Shown here one piece after another: positions 43,501 through 52,793 of a stretch of DNA of 64,000 nucleotides. Under the pieces are notes generated by a model, which was not told where the DNA came from, did no database searches, and saw only the letters and a list, made by a program, of their open reading frames with translations. Position 1 is the stretch's first letter; every line of letters begins with the position of its first letter. A program made the translations under genes and the position numbers. Source of the DNA: Chrysomallon squamiferum (taxonomy: Eukaryota; Animalia; Mollusca); assembly GCA_012295275.1 (NCBI GenBank), contig CM022678.1, positions 8,742,001-8,806,000 on the forward strand, in the 5' to 3' direction.

Positions 43501-46349
43501 TTTTATTCCTGGCATACAGATAAAAAAAAAAAAATAATAAGAAGAAGACACTGTATAGTGTTAGTTTGGTTAAATTCTACTCATTTCTTGCCTTTTTGAA
43601 GAGATTAACAAATTTCTATCTTTTATTAAAGATCAGTGAGATTAAAAACACTTTTCCTTATATCTTTAAAGGTAAATTTTTAAAAAGATTTCCAAAACAA
43701 AATGTGAAGTTTTCATTTTTACGGTTGTTCTGTAGAAGATGGATAGGGTAAAAAGAGTTTCTCAGCTGAATCTATTTTAATAGTGACAAAATAACTAAAA
43801 GACTACTTAATAAAAACTGCATGTACTGAATACATTTTTCTAGTAAAACTAAAATCAAAATGGCTGATCATGTAGTTCTTCAGGTTCAGAACAAAACAGA
43901 TACTCCTATATTTTATTTTTCTTATTGATAAAATTAAACTAAATTATAGCAAAGATATAATCTCCTCAAGCAGGCAAGAAATTTCATGAAAGGTGTCAGT
44001 ATAAAATCAAGGAAAGTTCCATGATTATTTTTAATCTGTCAGAAGAGAATACTAATCTATTTCTGGTTGGCATAGCATTGTTTTCATATTTTAATAATTA
44101 ATTCTGCTTTTTAGTTGTTGTTTTTTTCACCTCAAAGTAAAATTATAAATTTAAATTTTGTTTTTATTTTTATTTATTTATTATTTTTTAATGCTTTTCT
44201 CTGCATTTTGATTTTTCCTTGCTTCAGTTAGATTTTTTTTGATAAACTTTACAAGGAGACTACATCTATAGACAGCTTTATTGTAACTGACAAAGATTTG
44301 AAGATGTAAAAGCCAAAGTATTTTGTCTAATCTACAAAATTAATGGAAATTTGAATTCTTATATGAAGTGGAGAATACAGATTCATTAGAAAGCATGAAG
44401 AGATAAATAAAAATAAAAGATAAAATTTGTATTGAAATAAAAACATCAACAGAAAAATAAATTTTATGAATATTAGTAATAAGTAATTGTACTAAAAAGA
44501 AGAATAAATGAACAGAAAGAAAATAAAATAATAAAATAAATAAGAGAATAAATTTAATAACATATGTACATTGTCCATGCAATATTGTAATATAAAGTAG
44601 ATATCTAATATAAAAAGATAATCGGAAATTTTGTATTAGTTTTTCCAGTTAAATAATACCTTATTTAAATATACAAAATGCAATTAGCACAGTATTGCTA
44701 TGAATGAATAAATATACAAATGGATAATGAAAGCAATCTGGAATTAACAAGTACTAATATGAACGAGTAAATGTACCAGTGGATAATTAATTCAAATTAA
44801 AAAGGGAAAAGGTGCAGTCTAGCCAAATGTACTTTCCTCCTATATTCTCTCAAAACTGTTTTAAATGTATTTTATGCTGATTCAACTGATTTCATTTTAT
44901 GCATTCTGAAATTCTTTAACTGTAAATATACTAAACACTTTTAGATTGTTTTGTTTGTGTATCCATCATAAATACACATTAACAAAATAAAAAAGTCTAC
45001 TCAATGTTGTATATACTATTCAAATGTAGGTAATACTATTCAAATAAAGGTTATTTCATTTACTATGATCAGTAAAGGAATCCATTATACAGATTTCCCA
45101 AAGGACAATACATTCAACACACACACACAGATATATATATAAAATAACTGGACAGTATTTGCTGGCAAAAAAGAGCTAAATATGAACTATAATCAAGCAT
45201 TTTACTAATACTTGTCATAAAATGTGTGAAAGTAATTTAAACAAATTTTTTGTATTTGTCATTTACCTCTCTCTTTCTCTCTGTTCCATTAATTCCATAT
45301 CTTTTTCCAGTTTTTGTCTTTCCTGTTCTTCTTTTCTCTTTATTTGTCTCTCCACCAGTCTGTCTTTCTTTGACATCATTTCCTGTTCACTGGTCTGAAA
45401 TGTTTATCAACATAAAGTTGTAAGAGTAACCTTTTACAAAAAATTAACACCTAAAAAGAAAAATAATAATAATAAAAAATAACTATCCCTTGTCTGAAAT
45501 AAAAACCATTAGAATTTACCATATTTTTTCAAAATATAAAATGAAGAAAGTAAATTAACTTTAACTGAGTGAAACAAACTCTATTTACTAGAAAAAAATA
45601 AAAAAAGATTTCAAATTTTAATATTTAACAAGATAATAAATGTAAAATAAATAAATAAATAAAAACAACAGCATACCTGATGGTTGGAACAACACATTCT
45701 ACTGAAACCACTTCAGTGGCATATGCCAACATCAGCACATCAATTAGAGCTATATGTACATTCTGAAAGAAAAAATAAATAAAATAATAATAATAACATT
45801 ATAATAAAAATAATACAAAGCAGTTATAAATAAATAACTAATACTTCTGTGAAAATTTAAATTTAACTTTATTATTCAGACAAAGTAGGCTGTGGGATAT
45901 CTTCAGTATACTTTGTTATTAATAAATAATGTAACATAATTATTATAATATTAAACTGATTACAAAACAATAGAAAATAAGTGATTTTTATTACACTATT
46001 TTATAATCAATAAAGAGTATCTACAAAACTTATTTTACTCTCTAAGACACAAAAATAAAATTAAAAAGTTACATCTCAGAACGGTGCAGTCTGCAAAAGA
46101 ATGGTTTCTGTAACAGGTGATTCATCCTTAGAACTCCATGATGAAAATTTCCTTTCTTGACAGACCAGAATAATAATGCATTATGCAGTGATACGAAAAA
46201 TAGCAATACCAATAGTAAATATAATGTTTATTATGTTTTGTAAGAACATGAGTTTTGTTATCAAACTACATTTGGCAGATAAATGCATTTTTCTCTACTT
46301 ATTATCGTTTGTGAATGTTATAATAAATGTATTTACATATGAAATTGCC

Positions 46350-46401
<52 letters not shown>

Positions 46402-46560
46402 CTCTCTCTCTCTGACAGTACAATCAATCTTGTTTACCTCGATCCATGGCTGAAAAGTGCGAATATTTCCGCATCCGATTCACACCTGGATTCGCACAAA
46501 CATGAAACATCCCAATCCATTTGGATTCTCGTGAAATATTTCCAAAATTCTATTAAATTG
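40544..46560 (-). pseudogene. CAMSAP: Internally deleted CAMSAP/Patronin pseudogene
   Basis: Exons: ~46073-46190 (LSRK..., disrupted); 45677-45762 (NVHIALIDVLMLAYATEVVSVE, cf. SAHMAMVDALMMAYTVEMISIE); 45267-45394 (CC3-like EMMSKKDRLVERQIKRKEEQERQK); 43114-43170; 41475-41515 (YRRPPSP); 41056-41118; and 40544-40661, the start of the CKK domain (GPKLYVKPSSKSNHHIILNAISHCCLAGIVN) with a 1-nt frameshift. Confidence 0.9.
41314..41483. repeat. 51-bp tandem repeat (3+ copies) containing a duplicated splice donor
   Basis: Unit taatgtacctggagatggtgtcacatgacacaaatttatattgtttatgat, which reads ctccag|gtacat on the minus strand. Confidence 0.92.
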
Positions 46561-47522
46561 AATAATCAACAAGTAACACGTTGCCGAATTAAAAATAAAA
46601 ATAAACTGGCTGTCAAACATCAGTTCATACTGGTTTGAAAAGCGTAGCACACATTTGAATCCGTTTATGTTCGAAACATCGTGGTTTATCGAGACTGGTC
46701 TGGCCTTAACCTAATTTTATTTAGTATTTAAGAAGTTATTAATTTGTTTATTCTTACAAAACTTATTACAAAATTTGTAGAAATTAATTCTGGTTTCAGA
46801 CCAAAATGTGATTTCCTTTCTATAGTCGCAGCCACAGTAAAACTTCTGGTGTTTAAAGAAGTATTTCTCTGTCAGATTATCTCAAGTATGCATTTTACTA
46901 TTTGCAATTAACACAGGTTTGGTAAATTAGGACAATTATAATTTATTCATTTCTGAGTTAAAAATGAAATTAAGAAAAATAACCATAATAATTATAAATA
47001 ACATTAATATTAATAAATAAATAATTGCGATAATAATTTAAAAAAAATAATAATAAATAATAAAATAAATTATTAAAATAAAATAAAGTTAAATTAAAAA
47101 AGAAAAAACAAACAAAAAAAAAAAAAAAAAAAAAAACGGGATAAAAAGCAGTCATATTTATTCTTAAAAAACAAGCACCCCCTCCCTGAAACCACCACCT
47201 GAAAAACAAAACAATTGCTCAGGGTTAAAAATTAAGGTTTAAATGAAACAGATATTTTATTTTATTTTATTTTATTTTATTTTTAATTATTATTATTATT
47301 TTTACTAACAGGCCTTTTTCTGAGGAGAACGGATTCTGTTGTGTATTTACATAATTTATTTATTTTGTTAGGCAAAATATACACAGAGGACTCGAATGTC
47401 TCCGTTTATTCGGCCGAAATGATCCGAAAAGTCTCGATCAGTTTTACTATACTGGGTCAGCGAGACTCTCTGTTTTGTTTATCAAGACTACAGTTAACTC
47501 CATCCGGTCTGGAAAGTTAGTG
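45480..47522 (+). repeat. Older direct duplication of 26930-28911, including promoter cassette copy 3
   Basis: Collinear with 26930-28911. Similarity stops after gaaagttagtg at 47522. Contains an insertion of about 150 bp near 46790-46945. Confidence 0.9.
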
Positions 47523-48405
47523 GAAGTTCATTCCATGGCACGTGGAGTTGTTAGGATTTGTTTGTAAATATTTTTCACAGGATTGATCATTTTACTTTGA
47601 CATTGGACTAATTAAAGACTCCAGGATTCCAATGAGGTAAACATATAGATTTCAATTAATTCATTTTTAAGTGCACAATATGAATATCTCATTATCTGAA
47701 TATGAATATGATATCAATTAGGTATGTGTATTTCTGCCGGAAATGCGTCCGCCATTTTCTGCCAAATCCGTGTGATCGGGGTTTCCCCGATGGCGAATGG
47801 TGTCTCTTCGTAAATTGCTTCTCATTGGTCAGGGGCTGGGAATTTCGGTTATCCCTGATGGTATAATTAGGAGGGAATTCCCGTATCCTCATTCGTTTTC
47901 GAATTTTTCAATTCGGTAAATTGGTTCGTTTTGGAGGAGAGTTTGAAATTTTGTCTCGTATTCAACACGCTTAAATCGGTCGTTTTCGATAACGGAGGAT
48001 AATCTAAGGTAAGTGGAGGCGAAGAACAATATTTCATTGTATTATATATGAATTTATATTGAAATCTGACACAGCTGAAAAAAACTGCACACGCCGGACT
48101 GACGAGCTGTAAAATCGAAATGGCTTAAAAATCGAACATCATCAACATGGCGGATGAAAATTCGAGTGAAACTGAAGTGACTTCTACCCTTGATTTCAGC
48201 TATTATGTTTGATAAATGAGTGATAGAACAGATTGTGATGCTGTATAAATATAGTATTATATACGACTGTACTCTGTGTCACACTTTTATTACCCGATGG
48301 ATTGTAAATAGTGGACGATTGTGGATTTTGCGAGTGTCTTCAGCCAATCGGTATGAACTAATTGTAAAATTTATTAATTATTATTATGTTGGCCTTCTTT
48401 TCAGG

Positions 48406-51264
48406 ATGCCTAATTTGAAGCAGAAAAGAATATCCCCCAATTCAAGGACTGGTTTAGCCAACCAACACTTGGAAGAGAACTTTTCCAGTGGAATTCCGGT
48501 TTCTTTGGCAAATTTCTTAAATGGTCACGTACTGTTTATTTTCGTCTTTCGCTGCAAAAAAAGCCGTGCGATGACTGTTAGAGAACTTCATTCATATATC
48601 CCTAATGATATTACTGGTCATCAGAGAGATACAGTTTTGAATTGTCTTTCATCACTAATTCAGAAACTTGTTGACAATACTCTGAACAAGTTCAAAAAAC
48701 TCAGTGACACTTGGGAGTTCAATATATTTGATTCCATTTGTCACGAAAGTTTTGATCAGTTGAACCTGACCAGTACTATTTCCACAGTTATGTCATCTAT
48801 TATCCAGCCAGTGGACATCCCTCAGGCAGATGAAGAAAATGCCACCGTTCTTCCCAACACCAAGCCTGTTGCTGTGTCCCCACTGAAAACCAGGCAGATA
48901 AGAAAGTGCCATAACTGTGAGAGATATTATGAAAGTTTGCAATTTGCCAACCAGAAACTAGAAGAATTAAAACGTCAGAATTGGATTAAAGTAAGGAATA
49001 TGATGGCCATGCACCATCAGAGAAGGTCTGAATCAATTAGGAAACTAAATCAGAAGATCAAGAGAAAAGAAGGGCAATTATCCAAAGTAAGATCACAGCT
49101 GGATTCTTCTGCTCTTGCTGAAGGTCTGGGAAAAGCTACAAGAATCATATCAACTTTAGAGAAGAAACATCAGCAACTTAAGAAATACAATAAAATGAAG
49201 AAAACTGCATTGTTTCTATCCCAGACTGATGATGAAAGAGTGGAAACATTGGAAAGGAAACTGGCAGAAAGGGAGGATGAAATCCTCCAGCTCCAAGACG
49301 GCAAACTAATACTAGAAGACAGGGTTAAAGAGCTGGAGGGTTTTGTTGAACAAACCAAGTGCGATGGAAGGATTTATTCTCCTGAAATGAGGATGAAAGT
49401 TTTTGATGCTATTGTTGCTCAAGTCCCAATGAACAACATACCATCACTGATTGGAAAGTTTGCCCTTCGCTCAGGAACAACCCTAACTGTTGTTCCACAC
49501 AGGACTACAGTAGAAGGAATGGTAAGAGAACTTGGGGCAATAAGCGATCTACAAACTGCAGAAGCCATTTTAGACAACAAGAACTCAACTATTGGATTCG
49601 ATGCCACGACACAAGAAGGCGTTCATTTGAATAGCATACATATCACCACCCATGCTGATTGCTATGTTGTTGCTGCCGATCAGTTACCTGGAGGTACAGC
49701 CAATGATTATCACGAGCACATCTGTGATTCAGTTGATAACTTGGCCCTGGTGTACTGTCGTTTCTTTGATAAAGACTATCAAACCATACGCCAGGGGTTA
49801 ATTTCAAACATTACCAACAGTCTTACTGATCGGTGTGCAGCAAACCATGCTGCAATACAGCTAGTGAACGTTTCTTGGGCCAAGACTTTGAACGAGTTGA
49901 ACTGTCATTTGCACCCACTGGACTCCATAGCCACAAAAGCTAGAACAGCACTCAAGGAATGTGAAGGGGGTGCAAAGGGACAGATTTGGGGAAATGACTG
50001 CTGCGCATCCAACATCATTGTACAGATGAACAAACTCCGCTTTAAGGACAATAAGGGCGATCCCCGGGGGTTCAAGACTTTTCTTGATGACCACAACCTG
50101 CCTCGGGGGATCGTTCTCAGGTATCGGGGTAATCGTCTGCTTGTTCTGTTTCATATATGTGGCATATATACTCAGCATCATGCATTGTTCAAGAAATATC
50201 TTGAACAAGGTACAGTGTGTGGTGGATTGCGTGCTAGTGTCTTGGCTGACTTTGTGTCAGTAACAGGTACGGTTGAGATGCAGGTGTTAGGCCTGTTAGG
50301 GAAGATGTTAACCGGCCCTTGGATGAAAAAGTTTTACACTGCTGCAGTGGACCAGATCGACCATGTAGAGGGGATCCAAGTCATTAAACAGATCGTCCAA
50401 AAACTGAAGGACCAGATGGACGCACCAATGGATCTCCTGGCATGTGAAACAGATTTTTTTGGTAACCAGCTTCATCCAGTCGAAGATAAAACCCTTCTCA
50501 AATTACAGGAGCCACCCAAGGATGGGACCATCTTCAGTGACATGATGAAAGCATGCCTTCAAGCCACTGTCGATGTCCTTGAGCGGCAATATAAATTTTT
50601 TTTTTCAGATGACTGGAAGATCACAGAGAGGCTGAGACTAGAAACTAAAAGTGCTAGGTCTCACAATATGGATGCTGAAGAGATGCTGGGCATGTTCAAT
50701 GCTGCAAAGCAGAAGGCGGCTAATGCAACTGTTTGCTATCTGTCAAGTAAGTTAAGGGCACAAAAAAATAAAACTGTGGCCTATCTAGATAGTTTAGAAA
50801 AGGACAGGAGAGATATGATTCTCATGAAGGCTGTACAGGTAGGTCAGAATCAAAGGCAGAAGAGAAGAATGAAGCAGGATGAGTTGAGAGCAGAATTATC
50901 GAGGAGACAAGCTGACAAACATCAAGCAAGAGAGACATCTGTGAGGAAAAAGCTAGAGAAGAAACTGAAAACTGTTAAGGTTGCAGAGATTGGTGAGGAA
51001 TTTCCTGAGCTTTCTGATGGTAAGCAGGAGCAACTTCAGGAATTGTTGGACGGCAAATCTGTTGGATGTAACATTTGTCATTTATGGTTTGAAGATGGGC
51101 GCCAGATTCTTTACAATGGCAGAATTGAAAAGATGAAGGCTAAGGGAAGTAAGTGTGTTGTAGCATATTGGTCACAGACAGAAACATATGATGATGCAAC
51201 TGACTTTGATATGTCTGTTTTCCAATTGGCTGCAGACCTTATTTCCGATGATTTGACTATGTAA
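48406..51264 (+). CDS. DDE transposase (hAT-like) with N-terminal coiled coil and C-terminal Spin/Ssty-like Tudor module, about 952 aa
   Basis: Uninterrupted ORF. Motifs: TIGFDATT (D at 49600), SLTDRCAAN (D at 49828), CxxH (NCHLHPLD, 49903) and SHNMDAEEMLG (E at 50677). A 5' intron is likely (aag|gtaagt at 48009 to ttttcag| at 48404), putting the ATG at 48406. AATAAA at 51426. Confidence 0.88.
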   Translation: MPNLKQKRISPNSRTGLANQHLEENFSSGIPVSLANFLNGHVLFIFVFRCKKSRAMTVRELHSYIPNDITGHQRDTVLNCLSSLIQKLVDNTLNKFKKLSDTWEFNIFDSICHESFDQLNLTSTISTVMSSIIQPVDIPQADEENATVLPNTKPVAVSPLKTRQIRKCHNCERYYESLQFANQKLEELKRQNWIKVRNMMAMHHQRRSESIRKLNQKIKRKEGQLSKVRSQLDSSALAEGLGKATRIISTLEKKHQQLKKYNKMKKTALFLSQTDDERVETLERKLAEREDEILQLQDGKLILEDRVKELEGFVEQTKCDGRIYSPEMRMKVFDAIVAQVPMNNIPSLIGKFALRSGTTLTVVPHRTTVEGMVRELGAISDLQTAEAILDNKNSTIGFDATTQEGVHLNSIHITTHADCYVVAADQLPGGTANDYHEHICDSVDNLALVYCRFFDKDYQTIRQGLISNITNSLTDRCAANHAAIQLVNVSWAKTLNELNCHLHPLDSIATKARTALKECEGGAKGQIWGNDCCASNIIVQMNKLRFKDNKGDPRGFKTFLDDHNLPRGIVLRYRGNRLLVLFHICGIYTQHHALFKKYLEQGTVCGGLRASVLADFVSVTGTVEMQVLGLLGKMLTGPWMKKFYTAAVDQIDHVEGIQVIKQIVQKLKDQMDAPMDLLACETDFFGNQLHPVEDKTLLKLQEPPKDGTIFSDMMKACLQATVDVLERQYKFFFSDDWKITERLRLETKSARSHNMDAEEMLGMFNAAKQKAANATVCYLSSKLRAQKNKTVAYLDSLEKDRRDMILMKAVQVGQNQRQKRRMKQDELRAELSRRQADKHQARETSVRKKLEKKLKTVKVAEIGEEFPELSDGKQEQLQELLDGKSVGCNICHLWFEDGRQILYNGRIEKMKAKGSKCVVAYWSQTETYDDATDFDMSVFQLAADLISDDLTM

Positions 51265-51498
51265 ATATTGGGTTGAGGAATAAGTCATTGCAGTTAAACT
51301 AAATATAATCATTACATAGAAGAAACCTTAAGCTTAATTGATAACAAGATGTAATTTAATCAATAATGTATTCTCCATTGTTATTTACCACTTCTTCCCA
51401 ACAGTTAAATTTTTGATGCCTCTGCAATAAATATGAATCAGTTATGAACTGCAATGACTTATTTATCAACCCAGTACACTTTTGGAATGAGGTCTGTA
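51230..51498. repeat. Imperfect inverted repeat spanning the transposase stop and 3' UTR
   Basis: 51270-51295 gggttgaggaataagtcattgcagtt pairs with 51447-51472 aactgcaatgacttatttatcaaccc (24/26). There is a weaker outer arm, cagaccttatttcc versus ggaatgaggtctg. Confidence 0.85.
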
Positions 51499-52252
51499 TA
51501 AAATGTCTCATTAAGGACTGCATGACATTATCTACAATAATTCTTGTTATAACTTTTTCAGCTAATTGAAGTTGCCAAATTAGACTAATTAAAATCTGCT
51601 GTATTACTAATTATTTATATTGCACTTTTAATAGCTTGAATTTAGAGAACTAGTTACCATCCATGTTCAGTCCAAATTTCACTAATAAATTTTGATTATT
51701 AAGAAAGTTACATGCATTTTAGTGAAAAACAATAGAATTTTGGTCATGCCATTGTAATGCAAATGCATTAAATAATAGGACAATTAATTAGCGTTAATTG
51801 AAAACGTTAAAATGCTGTAACTTCCTTAATACTCAACAGAATCACATGATGTTTGTTGTCTTTTATAGGGTTTTTAGAGTTCTTTTCAGCGATGTTATTT
51901 ATGTTGATGTTGAATTTTTTGTCCACATACCTACAACATGCTACAATAACTAAAACCAGTTATGTGACACGAATGAAAAGAAGCTGGACATAATAATTAT
52001 CTTATTGTCTTTGAAATTTTATCAAGCAGCTTCGAGGCTCTTAATTGTAATTTTTACCTCGTGAAATATGGTTTGTTGGCGTTATATCGCCAGTTTGAGT
52101 TTCTTTCTTCAAAATTATGTTGATTATATTTTTAATAGCTTGTAGGATGCATGTTTTATTGGATGATGTGACTTTTACTAAATATAATATGTATTCGTTC
52201 TGAAATAAACGAATTAATATTGTTTTGCCGATTACTAGCATTTGATGTTAAC

Positions 52253-52793
52253 TATAATCCTCTGCAATACATAAACTCGTATAATCCTTGGAGTCGACTC
52301 CAGAAAGGTGTTGCCGGTCTTTATTAGGAGCAATACAATGTGTATGTAATCATGACAATTAAAGACACAGGTATTGTAACTCATTTGAAGCAGACAAAAG
52401 AATTTTCTTGGCTTTGTGTTTGTACTTCCTGTGCTTTGACAGCAAACAAAATTAATGTTTATCTATAATCCTCTGCAATACATAAACTCATATAATAAAT
52501 TGGAGTCTACTCCAGAAAGGTATTGCCGGTCTTAATTAGGAACAATACAATGTGTATGTAATCATGACAATTAAAGACACAGGTATTGTAACTCATTTGA
52601 AGCAGACAAAAGAATTTTCTTGGCTTTGTGTTTGTACTTCCTGTGCTTTGACAGCAAACAAAATTAATGTTTATCTATAATCCTCTGCAATACATAAACT
52701 CATATAATAAATTGGAGTCTACTCCAGAAAGGTATTGCCGGTCTTAATTAGGAGCAATACATTGTGTATGTAATCATGACACTAAAGACAGGT
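52253..52793. repeat. About 211-bp tandem repeat, 2.5 copies
   Basis: tataatcctctgcaatacataaactc recurs at 52253, 52464 and 52676. Confidence 0.95.

Larger units (their letters stand above)
47719..51933 (+). mobile_element. Putative autonomous hAT-like DNA transposon (about 4.2 kb)
   Basis: Left terminus TAGGTATGTGTA, and right terminus reads TAGGTATGTGGA as reverse complement (11/12 match). They enclose an intact transposase. The left end is independently confirmed by the relic at 3607. No TSD is visible (atatcaat vs caacatgc). Confidence 0.7.

Noticed and set aside
48220-48405. N-terminal 62 aa of the 1014-aa ORF
   Set aside because: It starts at GTG within a probable intron (48009-48404). 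The ATG at 48406, right after the acceptor, is more plausible.
49170-50208. Antisense ORFs within the transposase
   Set aside because: These are short shadow ORFs of a GC-richer coding strand with no recognisable motifs.
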